NCBI GenBank assembly: GCA_951406725.2
Contig: OX597828.1
Coordinates: forward strand, 75,268,001-75,332,000
Origin: Octopus vulgaris
Taxonomy: Eukaryota
Direction: 5' to 3'
Length of the DNA: 64,000 nt
Shown here: piece by piece, positions 41,057-55,357 of the stretch
Position numbering within the stretch: the first letter of the stretch is position 1
How the letters are laid out: each line of letters begins with the position of its first letter
Made by a program: the position numbers and the translations under genes
The notes under the pieces: generated by a model
Databases searched by the model: none
What the model saw: the letters and a program-made list of their open reading frames with translations, nothing else
Told to the model about the DNA's origin: nothing

Positions 41057-41833
41057 ATATTTTCAGGATTAAGTAAAAAGACAACAGACGGGAAATACGA
41101 CACACCTATATATATAATAATAAAAAAAAAACGTGTAGTACATAAACAAACATATACTAAAAACACAGGCGAACAGTAAACACAGAAGGTCACCAATTCT
41201 TCATCAGTTATCGTTCAGAGGGTCAAACGCAATCTCAGCCATTATCGGAAATATTGCTTCTGTCCTAGAGGCACCGACAAGAAACTTGCCGGGAATGGAA
41301 CCAAAACATAACAAAACGAGAGGGGCTCGAGACAAGACCATTTGTGGACGGACGAGGGACAAAGCAATAAATAAATCAAAGGCTTAGGGCCACACGAAGA
41401 CAGAAATGATGATGCATATACACCCTTTCCGTATCTATAGTCCTTTAGAACAGTTTTCATTTCTCCTTCGGGTTACCCACTTTTGTCTTGAAACCCCAAC
41501 GCTTTTTGTTGTATATATGTATTAACATTATTGTCTTTGTGTGGCTCTAATCCTTTATTCTGTTTATTGTTTTGTCCCTAATCCGTCCACTAACCGACTC
41601 ATCTCGAGCCTGTCTCGTTCTGTTATTCTTTGGTTCCAGTCTTGTTGGTGTCCCCAGAGTGGAATCAATATTATCGATAATGGTTGAAATTGCGTGTGAC
41701 CATCTGGCTGAAAACCTCTGTGGTTTCTGTTCGCTTGTTAGTTATGTTCGTTTGTTTATTAACTACACGTTTTGTTTTTTTAACTATGTCATATTTTTCG
41801 TTTGTATGTCTTTTTATTTAATCCTGAAAAAAA
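41057..41833. repeat. Large diverged inverted repeat (arms about 41057-41422 and 41510-41833) between (TA)n tracts
   Basis: For example, TTTTCAGGATTAAGTAAAAAGACA, CCATTATCGGAAATATTG, GGCTCGAGA, GTGGACGGA and GGCCACACGAAGACA have colinear reverse-complement partners in the right arm. Confidence 0.8.
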
Positions 41834-41846
41834 GTATGTATGTATG

Positions 41847-41887
<41 letters not shown>

Positions 41888-41971
41888 ATATATGTGTGTA
41901 TATATATATATATATTTTCGTAATGTGAGAAAAAACCAAAGCTGTGTAGATTTTAGAACATTTATAGATAG

Positions 41972-42019
41972 GTCTTACAGCTGTTTCCAGGATATTTATG
42001 GTATTCCTTCATCGGAGAC
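41972..42019 (-). ncRNA. Minimal type I hammerhead ribozyme motif
   Basis: Minus strand GTCT-CCGATGA-AGGAATACCATAAATATCCTG-GAAA-CAGCTG-TA-AGAC: stem I GTCT/AGAC, palindrome ACAGCTGT and a GUA triplet. Confidence 0.68.
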
Positions 42020-42193
42020 GGTGTGAGAGGATGGTTAATTTAGTTGATTTAGATGAAATACAAAATAGAGAGTAAGGTGGAGGAGAGAAAATGGATGTGA
42101 GATGTGTAGGGATAATGTATTTGTAGATCCATTTTTTTTAGGCAGCATGGTATACATATAAGATTCCAATACCTTATGAGTAAAATCCAATAG

Positions 42194-42249
<56 letters not shown>

Positions 42250-43246
42250 TGAGAGTGTGTGTGAGATTTGATCACCTAATGGTACTGAATATATTTCGAC
42301 CTTTGGAAAGAATTTGAATGCAAAATCGGCTTCGTATGGATTTAAGCATGGAGCGACAAGGACCTTAAATAAACTCTGCGGTCATATTACCTGCCGCTTC
42401 AACGATTTTTACCATTTTACTGTCATGACAACAATGACGTCATTAGTTTTGTTATTCCTTAAGATTCTGAAAAATGATTCTTTTTTTTTTCCACTCTATT
42501 CTCCATTCTGCAATGTATATATATTGGTGTTATCTACCATAATATCTATAATATTGTTAAGTACACTGCAGAAATATGTATAGATAGGAGCCAATGTTGT
42601 ATGTAATAGACAGACGTAAACACCTTGTTGTCTGAACTCTCTTTTTTCTCCTCCATCCTCTCTCTCTCTCCCTCTCCTTCTCTCTGTATGTATATATGGA
42701 TGCATTAATATTGTGTAATACTATGTAATATTGAAAGAAAATACTATTAACGCACCAGTAATTTACAATATATTAGAAATAACAATATTTACATTTTCAT
42801 AATCTATTTTGCTGTTGAAATTGTCTCCGCTCTCAACAGAAACGTTTTCAATATATATGATTATGAAGTCAGTCTCAATGAATAATTAATATATATATGT
42901 AGGTATATGTGTGTGTGTATAAATAATATACATATTTGTATATATATATATATACACCTACACACACCTATACACATAGATATATATACCCATATTTATA
43001 CGCACGCATATGTATATATATATACACATATACATGCCTAAACATATTTATACATACCTATAGATAACTGTATATATATATACGTACATGTACACACACA
43101 CACACATACTCATAAATACGCACTCCCTTACATATACACATTCTTCTACATACGCATAAAAAACTATACAAATACATTTATGTATACACATATATGCACG
43201 CAGAATATTATATATATATATATACTTATACACCTATGCATAAACT

Positions 43247-43283
<37 letters not shown>

Positions 43284-43829
43284 ACATATACTTAGACTTT
43301 TACGAATACATACACAAACACATATATACGTACGCATATATGTACATATATATACCTATATATACCGATGCACTCACCCCTACATATATTTACCTATATA
43401 TACTGACAACATATATATATATATATATATATATACATACATGCATTTTTATACATACGTACACCTATACGTGTACAGAATTATTTATCAATGCACACAT
43501 ACACTCATTCACACACACACACACACGCACGCACACACACACACGCACACACACATGATATTTCATGATATTCGAAATTCAATTTTGAAGTCTGCAGTAG
43601 ATTTATTAATCTCGGCTGACTCTCATAACCTCCTCTGAAAATGCTGTTGTTTTTTTATTAAGATAAGTAAAACAGAAACCAGATGCGAAAAACACCGGTG
43701 GTTGAGTGGTTTGTGGGGATAAACATTATAAAGTGGAGTCAGTGAGCTTCTGTCAGTTCGTGTGTTGTGGGAGGGAAGAAACTGATGTTCTTTGTCACTC
43801 ATAGAAAAAAAAAAATGAAAAAATATGTG

Positions 43830-44187
43830 CGCTAAGTAGCTTGCTTACCAACTACATGATTCCGGGTTCAGTCCCACTGCATGGCACATTGGACAAGCGT
43901 CTTCTACTATAGCCTTGGGCCGACCTAAGCTTTGTGAGTGGATTTCGTAGACGGAAACTGAAAGAGCTCATCGTATATAACTATGTGTTTGTGTTTGTCC
44001 ACTACTATCGCTTGACAACCGGTTTTGGTGTGTTTACGACCCCGTAAGTTAGCGGTTCAACAAAAGAGACCGATATAATAAGTACCAGACTTTAAAAAAA
44101 AGTACTATGGACGATTCGCTCGACTAAAATGCTTCGAAGCGGTGCTCCAGCACAGCCACAGACTAATGACTGAAACAAATAAAAAGA
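43830..44187 (+). mobile_element. SINE family B copy
   Basis: TAAGTAGCTTGCTTACCAACTACATGATTCCGGGTTCAGTCCCAC...GCGGTGCTCCAGCACAGCCACAG. Confidence 0.85.
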
Positions 44188-44331
44188 CTCATTTTCTCCT
44201 TGTGGGTCCAGAAGGTCCCGCTTCTTCCTTCCTCATGGCGAACGAAAGTTTGCTAAAGAGGACAGAAGTAAATATTGCACGCAGAAGCATTACAGTATTT
44301 AGTAAGATCAAAGGAAAAAAATCATCTAGTA

Positions 44332-44663
44332 CAGGGCTGGCCAACCTGAGGCCCGAAGGCCGCATGCCGCCCACAGACTTTTATCTTGCGACCCGCTTGA
44401 TACTTTCTAGAAATGGGTTTATTTAAACAAGGATTTTAAAATTTTTATTAAAAATTAAAGATTGTAATGAAAAGTAAAAAAAGAAAGATTCGACTGGTTT
44501 TGCAACGATAATATTTCATGTTGAATCAACGATCGTTCATTCATTATTGTAATAATAGCACGAAAAGGCAAAGTGCTTTCAAATCTGTCAGTATATAAGC
44601 GGCCCTCAAAAAACTTTCTGTGATTAAAGTGGCCCACAATGTAATTCGAGTTGGACAGACCTG
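44332..44663 (+). mobile_element. hAT (Charlie-like) MITE with 8-bp target-site duplication
   Basis: TIRs CAGGGCTGGCCAAC / GTTGGACAGACCTG, subterminal GGCCCG motifs, and target-site duplication ATCTAGTA/ACCTAGTA (7 of 8 identical). Confidence 0.85.
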
Positions 44664-45776
44664 ACCTAGTATCTATTGTGACTTTCTGAAGGGGGATTAT
44701 TAAAAAAATAAGAGAAAAGAAACAAGCCTCAGAATTATCCACTTGAAATAAATTTCAAGCTAAGTAGCATAGTCTAATATTGGCTTGCAGATAAGGGAGA
44801 CAACTATGCACCTCTTTTGATACAATTAAACCTCATCAGTATAGTGTAGTTTACTTATGCTGCCAGATCCGTTAAGGGTTTTTGCATGAACGAAAGATAT
44901 TTACATTAAAGATGCAGTGTAATTTACAGAATTAAAACATTTTATTAACTTTAAGGAAGCAACTGAAATAAGCCAATAGCATGAATCTGATTACATAAGT
45001 TAAGAAACGATGCAGTGATTAGTGTATGACATAAATTTAATTAATTGAACATATTCCAAGAAGGTTTAACAAAAGCTTTGACCAAGTGTCTACAGATAAG
45101 CAAAGAGGCAGAAGAAAGACACCAAGTGGCTAACGGCAACTCATGTTTGGGTTGTTTAGGACAAAGATGTGTGTTCATAATGATGCCTGGACCTCTTATC
45201 TCTTACCTCGATATACGCGAAGAACTAAAGAAATCATGGTGAACTCTAGCTATACCGAAAGACTTCATTGTATGACGATAATCGTATTAAGTTTGAGAAC
45301 TAATGAGGGAGACCCTATATGGTCGACCTGCTAGATATAGCAGTGAACACCTCTCGCCAGCCAAAATCATATCATACCGACTTTTAAAAGAGGAATAATA
45401 ATAATAATAATGATAAAAAAAATTGATAATATAGGTTGAGATAAAATGTCTAAAAAAAAAATAGATGGGGATGTTTACAGTTAGAATGGATTTGATCATT
45501 GGTCTACGAGACAAACTGAGGGCAAGAAACGGCGAAGACGAATTTTAACTGGAAAATTCCGATCTCAAAAGATTTATGAGTCCGTTATCATGTTTACAAA
45601 AACACAAACAGACAGAAAAAAAATAACACACATATAAATACACACACGGACATACATCACATCCGGAATTTCGAATATTTCTACTAAATTATCAATATTC
45701 TTAATTCTAGCTGTATTTCGCTTTTACGTACTTGCATGTATATTAAATGACGTTATATATATGTTGATATTTATAC

Positions 45777-45826
<50 letters not shown>

Positions 45827-46866
45827 TTATATATAAAACATCAGAAAAAAACCACCTTTCATCAATTCAAAATGAATAATTAAATTACACTTTTCACACA
45901 GGAACTTAGTTTGATTTGAAAACCCCACTAGAATGGGAGAAAGCGCTAATACATGGTCTAAGCTATATGATGTATAAAAAATGTTATATACAAATAAATA
46001 TCTGTAAATATAAACCATCCCATTTTCTGAGTACCTCATTTCTTCTAATATATATATATATATATATATACGTAAGTATATAAGTATATATATATATGTG
46101 TGTGTGTGTCCATGTATGTATGTATATAGGCATATAGATATGTGTGTGTGTATGTATATATACACACAACATGCACACATACATGAATATTCGTATGTAT
46201 ATATAACAACATATATGCATTTACACACGCACCCCCCCACACACACATAGTGAGAGAATTCGAGAGTGATGTAAGCAACAAGGTACAGCAGATACAGCAG
46301 ATATTGTATCTCTTGAAAAAATCTCTTCTCATGTTTTTGTATTTGATTGACAGACAGTATTTTAGCAGGAATTTTATAAACTGCTTTAAAATGGCCAGAA
46401 ATTGTAAATTCTAACAAGTCGGAGGTTGTGTGCGTGTTTGAGTGAATAAACATCAATTTTCGCGCATGAGCAAAGTTGAAACTGATGTATGTTAAAAGGT
46501 GTAGCATGTTTTAAATTATATATTTTGGTTTTATAGAATTTCCAATTTTTGGCCATTTTTATGCCTGTTTCGAGAATGTTATGTTTCTGTTAAAATCCAC
46601 ATTCTCTTAACAGAACAAAAGAAAAACAACAACAAAAAGAATTGAATAAGACATTGTAAGCAATGATGCACCTTTTAGTAGGCATCGTTTTCCACTTTGC
46701 CAAACTGCAAAATGTTGCTATTTTTAACCATTTTCGTATTGTTTAAATTTTCAATTCCTGGTTTATTTTAAAGTAGTTTGTAAAATGTGAGATTCCTACT
46801 GTCTTGCAAACAATGAGAGAGAGAAAGAGCGAGAAAGAGAAAGAGAGAGAGAGAAAGAAAGAGAAG

Positions 46867-46901
<35 letters not shown>

Positions 46902-47494
46902 TGAGAGAGAGAGGACAGATGAAATATGTTTTAAAAGACTGTGTACCACTGTTTAAAAATAGATAATTTTAAACTTGGTAAAACTTGGTGGAAATCTAGA
47001 TTTCTAAAGGATCTGAAAAGGAACCTGTTTCAGACACCTTTTACCTCTGTTCTGTTGTATGGCTGTTCAGTATAGACTCTTACCCCAGAATTGGAAAGAA
47101 GAGCGGACAGATCCTGCACTCGCATGCTAAGAGTGGTGTTGCAGGCCACCAGGAGTGATCGACAACCTTTGTGCAGCATCAGACTTTCGCAAAGCGTTTA
47201 GAATCCGATCCGCAGGGTATTACTGGAGAGCAAAATATGAAATTGTTGGTGAAGTTCTTTTGTGAGAGGTTACACAAGGAAGAGCTGGTAGGGGACAATA
47301 AGCCAAGACCTGCATCAGGCCGAATAGGATGAGCTAAAGAATTAGATGGCGACAAAGTCACGGGAAGCTGTGTAAGCAGTGCGATCACACATGTGGGGAA
47401 AATAGAGCTTCTCTCTATTCCAACCATGATGGACTATCTTTCAAGAAATTTATGGGGAACCATAAAGAAATTCCGGATCCACAAAGTGGAATCT

Positions 47495-47660
47495 TGTGCA
47501 ATCAACCTGGTAGAAATAGCAACCAAATCTCCCTCTAAAACCATGCTCTGCCGTTTTTGAAAATGAAATGGCATATCGTGTAAGCTAGCCTTAGAAATAG
47601 ATAGGTTGGGCATGGATGGAAGCATAAGGTCAGTTCTATTGAAATCTGACCTTGGGCTAA
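47495..47660 (+). mobile_element. Family D dispersed repeat
   Basis: CAACCTGGTAGAAATAGCAACCAAATCTCCCTC...TGACCTTGGGCTAA. Confidence 0.55.
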
Positions 47661-47859
47661 TAAAAAGGGAACAATAATACAAACAGGAATAATGCATTAT
47701 AATGCATGATAGTAAAGCGAAATCCATATCTAAAGAATAATTATAACTCCATTGACAGCACACACCCACACACACACGTACAAACATACATAAACACACA
47801 TATGTATATATATATATATAGAGAGAGAGAGAGCGAGAGGTAGATAGATAGACAGACAG

Positions 47860-47928
<69 letters not shown>

Positions 47929-48139
47929 CTCTTAATGTAAAGAAGCAGAAAGAATGGAACGGTATTCATTAGAAAGAACAATGTTTCAAAGAAGAATTTC
48001 TAAAAAAATAGACCGAGAGATCGAATGAAAAGGATATCTAAATAAATGTGTGCGTGTGTGGAGAGAGAGAGAGAGATAGAGAGATGGAGAGTGAGGGGGT
48101 GAGAGAGAAGGAGAGAGAGAGAGAGAGTTGCAGTAGTAG

Positions 48140-48320
48140 TGTGGCGCTGTAATCGATTAGCAGTAGTTGTAGTATATAATTGATGGGCCATAGACGGTGA
48201 AAAAGGAAAAATTATTTTCCGCCTGTAACACATGATTTATCGAAGCGTAACGCTGGAGTCGCCACAATGACCAGACACACAGCAACGTCGCTGCCGACCA
48301 AATTTCAGTTGCTTTACACA
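48140..48320. promoter_or_regulatory. Candidate regulatory island
   Basis: Unique CpG-enriched stretch after (GA)n, with TATATAA, the palindrome TAATCGATTA and TGATTTAT (Pbx/Hox-like). Motif evidence only. Confidence 0.2.
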
Positions 48321-49902
48321 TATTTTGACCGATAGAATTGTTTTTCAGAACTTCAACAATGGAGAAACAATCACAACACACTTTCCTTGCTCTGTGGATG
48401 TATGTGTTGTGTATAACTGTGTTTGTGGTGTGCATGTAGTATGGTGTGAGTGCGTGCGTGTGCGCTTTGGTTCTTAAAGAACGCTGGAAAGTGCTGAACG
48501 CCATTGTAGAGTTTAGCATTTAGGCTGGTCCAGTTGAGACACTTCTGGATTTTTCTCCAATACATCGGGGAAATTACAGAGTAACAGGTTACTAGATCGA
48601 GTTAAATAGGCTATATATATAAATAGGTTGCACATACACACACACACACACAAACACACTCCCTCTTTTTTTTCTCTCTCTCTCTCTCTCACTGAGTCTA
48701 AATATCTTGAGACGTCCGGGCATTTTCAGGGCATCTGTTTGTGATGTGTTTAGCCAAGTGCACAATGAAATAAGCAAGATTCAATTTCAGAGAAATAATT
48801 TTATAAAATGATAGATAAAAGGCATAAACGAAACGACATGCCGTAGTAGATAAAGCTATGAATAACAACCTAATAAATGCTGGTTTAAAAAACCTTTTAA
48901 TAGAAGTCGTTTGTGTGTATGTATATTAAAATAAGCATGCATATCTTCTGTTCTTGTTTATCCAGCACACTACATCGAAGAATCGGTTTAGCAACCGACT
49001 GTTGACTGTTGACAAACCTGCTGTTAACATAGAACTTAGGGCATCAGCTACAACACACTGACTGTAATTTATACAATCTATTCTGGTTTTTGAATACTTT
49101 TCTGTTCGTCATTGGATATGACTGACAAACAAAAAGTGCTCAATACACGATATAGAGTATAGATATATTTAGCTGATTCTTTATTCCACTACTTGGAATT
49201 ATATAGTAACTGATATGTTAAGGAGCACACTGCTTCTTTTACAAAAATAATTTGAAATGTAGCAGGCATACTTGTACATAGATGTGTGCGATAGCGCATG
49301 CGTGCATGTATGCGTATGTGTGTCTGCCTGTATCTGTTTGTCTGAGTAAATAAGCCTCACAGCTGAAAGTTCATGTTAGGATGTAACTAATCTCTGCGTA
49401 CTACAAAATATATTTCAAATGTTTGTAGTTCCATAAAATCAAATTTAAATTCAAGCACGAATCAGTGTCTAAGTAAGTGTCACTGGCTCTACATACGAAA
49501 CTAACGATCGTGACGTAAACTTAAACATGAGGAAAACTATTTACAATAATTATATGACAAAATTAGTTACGTTTCTTGATGTTTTGAGTTCAAATCGAGC
49601 TAAGGTCAGCTTTAATTTTCTCTCTTGTGATCGATAAAATATAGCAACAGTGAAGTAAGGGGGGGGGCGATAAAATCATCTCTGCCGTCCCCAAAATTTG
49701 CAGAGCCAAAGTCATAACACATCACATTCCATAGTTATTTACATCTCTCTATATTCCGCGTTCAAATCCAACCAGAAGTGACTAACTGAAACAAACTGTC
49801 ATATGTATGTATGTATATATGTATACAAATATACATATATTTATATACATACATACACATATATACATATAAATATGTGTATGTATGATATATATATATA
49901 TG

Positions 49903-49970
<68 letters not shown>

Positions 49971-51019
49971 AATATGTGACATATACATACATATATGTAT
50001 ATGTGTGTGTGTATGTGAGTGATACATATACGCATTATCTATCTATATTTATATATATAAATTAATTTGTATTACACAGTTATTAGATTTGTAGCTGTTT
50101 GTTAGACTCCAATTTATAGTCTTATTTAATAAGGTAGCACATATCGGTTGTGTTAGTTTACAAATACAGGCAAAATATGATGCAAGTTTATTTGTTTATA
50201 TTTAAAGTTCTCATGTCTTTTCGCTTTCATATTTTCTGTTCCCATGTTGTGCATATAATTAAAACACGTTACACACATCACGGCAGCCGTATGTAAATTT
50301 TCTTTCTTTATAACAAACATCGACAACGTTTTCTAAAGCGCAGTTCCGTCTGAAATCTAATCCCCAGACAGTGCTGCCATACTTCGGCAATCAGATAAAA
50401 AAAAAAAAAAAAATGGAAATTAGAAATACAAAATCAGAATCGAGCTGAAAAGAGATTAAGATATGTTTTTTAATTGTTGGTGTAATTACTTTAAGCTATT
50501 AATTTGTTTACGAACCTGGAAAACGATGCTCTGCTACTTGCTATATATACACACACACACACACACGCGCGCGCGCACACACACACACATGTATGTATGT
50601 TATAAGCATATGATTGTGTGTACGCTGTATATGTGGTATGTGCATAGCATATATATATATATATATATACATGCACGCATACAAGCACACAAGCAAACCG
50701 CACGTGCATTCGCAGTGGAAGTCAATATTTTCACTGAAAGCTCGATTCAGATTTGAATCAGCAAAAGTTTCACAGATGCAAAAAGCACGTCTGATCATCC
50801 GAACTCTTTAATAATGATCTGCAAGGTAACCACAACTAAATAATGATGATTGTGATTAGAAGAAGAGTATGGGTCGTTCTCATTGGTCATTTCGAGTCAC
50901 GTGCTGAAATCAATAACTCGATCGATGCTGGTGAACGGCTGGTTAAATGAAAAACAATTTAGTTCTAATGGCTAGGAGTAACCAGCCTTGCCTTTGTTAG
51001 AAGTTTTGGTGGAATTCAA

Positions 51020-51820
51020 CGTTCCATACAAGTTTTTAGTATTCACAATAGATTACTAAAAATCAACTTACAGTCATCCTCCTTGTTATTTACACATCTC
51101 ACCACTCCCAGCTGAAGGCAGTAAAATATGCAGTTTCTCATGGAGATAAAAACAGCAGTTGCGTGTTCCGGGTCAATACAGAAGAGCCTTATCGAGAATA
51201 TCCTAGATAATACTTGGCAAATCATTTCACAGATGCCGAAGCTGGTAGATGGGCGGAACGCCAAAGTAGAGTAGTCCTTCTCTCTAAATTAAAGTGCTTG
51301 CTTAGTGACCCTTCTTAGTTATTGGTTGTAAGTCATGCATAACTCCTAGGGATACGTTCATTTGGAGTGAGAATCATCATTTTGTTCACTGCCTTGGTAG
51401 CACAAAATCCTCTTAGTCAGCAAACGAACCGATTTCTTCAGTTTCAGATACTGTGGCTGAGTTGAAGTCTGCGATATGCGGGCTTCTTTCTGTTGCAGCT
51501 AACTTAGTTGCAAGCCATATTTTCTATGCAAGTATATCTAACCATAACATTATGCCCTTAAACGGATTCTGGCTTTTATGACAGTTTCGGTGGTGTTACC
51601 TGTTCGGGGATAAAATATTCTTGATTATGTTCGTAGGAAGATGTCGGTTGATCGAAGGATTAACCAGAATATTTTCTCTCCTTAACTCTATTCCGGGGAG
51701 ACGGTTGAATGCTCCATATACACAGCTCTTCACTTAATATCACTCGATGCTGACATTTTCTTATCATGCTGTGCAACCCTGTCGAAGATATTTCGATCTA
51801 TGTAAGTTCCTCAGTTTCTA
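51020..51820 (-). pseudogene. Second decayed Penelope-like element fragment (linker plus GIY-YIG region)
   Basis: Minus strand KIFW/NPSINRHLPTNIIK, HNVMVRYTCIENMA, LRGFCATKAV and ILDKALLY*PGTRNCCFYLHEKLHILL. Same motif order as 17030-17600. Confidence 0.7.
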
Positions 51821-51880
51821 ATTAAAGCTAGTGGGTAGAACGGTGATTAGGTTTCCTATGAGTATATACATACATATATA

Positions 51881-52045
51881 GGTGCAGGAGCGGCTGTGTG
51901 GTAAGTAGCTTGCTTACCAACCACATGGTTCCGGGTTCAGTACCACTGCGTGGCACCTTGGGTAAGTGTCTTCTACTATAGCCTGGGGTAGACCAAAGCC
52001 TTGTGAGTGGATTTGGTAGACAGAAACTGAAAGAAGCCCGTCGTA

Positions 52046-52112
<67 letters not shown>

Positions 52113-52325
52113 TTGTGTGTCTATGTTTGTCCCCCACCCCATCATCGCTTGACAACCGATGTTGGTGTATTTACGTCTCCGTAACTTAGCGGTTCGGCAA
52201 AAGAGACCGATAGAATAGGTACTGGGCTTACAAAGAATAAGTCCTGGGGTCGATTTGCTCGACTAAAGGCGGTGCTCCAGCATGGTCACAGTCAAATGAC
52301 TGAAACAAGTAAAAGAGTAAAGAGA
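51881..52325 (+). mobile_element. SINE family B, best-preserved copy (tRNA head, CORE-like segment, internal microsatellite, tail)
   Basis: A-box-like CGGCTGTGTGG, B-box-like GGTTCAGTACC, CORE-like CACCTTGGGTAAGTGTCTT and internal (TA)n(TG)n. Confidence 0.9.
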
Positions 52326-53024
52326 AAGTATGTGAATATATGTATATATACATACATCTACAAATATCTATATATACATACACACTATATCTATATATCT
52401 ATATATACATACACACTCACACACACACATATCTACGTTTGCATAGATATAGAGATATTTACATATGTATATATGTGTATATACTAGTCAAAAATTAATA
52501 TTGTTTCAACCGTGACCATACTGTGCTTATTAATAACACAGTATTATTAGGAATAAACTATGGATCATGTCCATCCTGCTTTAAGATGATAGATGTGTGA
52601 TTGGAGAGAGCATTACTAGGTTTTTCTAGCGACGATATTCAACCTCCACTTTTGGTTCCTGGTCGGGGGTGTTTATATAAGGAGAGTCTGGAGTTTTAGG
52701 TAAGCCAAAGAGAACCCTCGAACCGAAAACAACAACAGCAAAAAAATATTATGAGATGAAAATCTAATTATAAAAGGCAAAGAGGAAATGAGAAAACCAT
52801 AATAAGTTAATTATTTTCCTGTGAAAAATCAAAACAAAAAACAAACAAAACAAGAAAGAGGTTTTAAATGTTTCAGAGAAACCCAATCCAATTCTGGAAG
52901 TTCTGGTTAAAGACAATTAGTCTGCAAGGATTGGAAATTTAGTTTTTTGAAGGTTTTTGTCCTTTACGTATTTCTGTCTTATTTGTAACTTTTACTTTCT
53001 GACACAAACACAAACTCGCGCGCG

Positions 53025-53066
<42 letters not shown>

Positions 53067-53555
53067 AGAGGAATACACAAAGAACACACACATGCACACA
53101 TGGAGAGACACACACAGACACAGAGTAACAGAAAAACACAAACACACGGGGAGAGACACACAGAGAACACACGCACACACACACACAATCAAACACGACA
53201 CACGGTGAGGTACACTTACATGGAGACACACACACACACACACGCTGTCGTTCGAAGAGAGAAAGACACATGTACAAACAGACACGTACACACACACACA
53301 ACACAAACACACGCCTAATTTCATTGTTTTCTTTTCCATATATCACTACAAGCGTTCCATCCAACCCCATCCACCACAAAAAAAAACCCAGAACAAAACC
53401 AAGAATATAAGATAAATTCTTAAGTTCAGTTGTTCCATCATTAAAACACAACATTTTCAATACAAAACAGCAATAACAACCGCCGTTTCGTTCTCTAAGA
53501 GTATTTTGTCCACTTTTAAGAACAGTACAAAAGATATCTTTCCTTCTTTCTTTTC

Positions 53556-54725
<1,170 letters not shown>

Positions 54726-55319
54726 GTTGTTGTTGTTGCTGTTGCGAGAAATAAAGCGAAATTATGGGGAAACAAGAAACAAAACAAATTCCATTTCATG
54801 CTTTAAAAGATTCAAACTGCCAAGAATGGTTTGAAAAATGTATTCTAAATGCCTATTGCTTCTCAGCAGATAAAAATACCATTTACTTCTATAATATTTT
54901 TTTCTTTAAATTAAAAAAAAAAAGATATTCTGCGAGAATTCTATTTGTTCCATTCAGTTATTGTATAATGACGCTGTAATTTATTTGAATTTAAATATAA
55001 AAAAAAAAAAAATTATAGCACCACCAAAAATAAGGGGAAAAATAAAAGAATGTTAAAATTATAAATATATTGTGATATAGAATGTTGGAAAATCAAAAAT
55101 TCAATCAAAAATAAAAACAACAGCATAAACCACCTGTGAATATTTCCAGATTCAATTAGTTTAATAGCCTCTAAATTCTTTCATAAAAATTCTATTAAAT
55201 TCCATTAAAGTCAAGAAAATCAAACAACAAATTATAGAGTATATAAAACAACTACATGCATGCATGGATGTATATATATATATACTCATACATACAAATA
55301 TATATATACATGCACGAGC

Positions 55320-55357
<38 letters not shown>

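Noticed and set aside
44800-44845. Minus-strand CTGATGAGGT...ATCAAAA
   Set aside because: GAAA and the cleavage triplet are missing.
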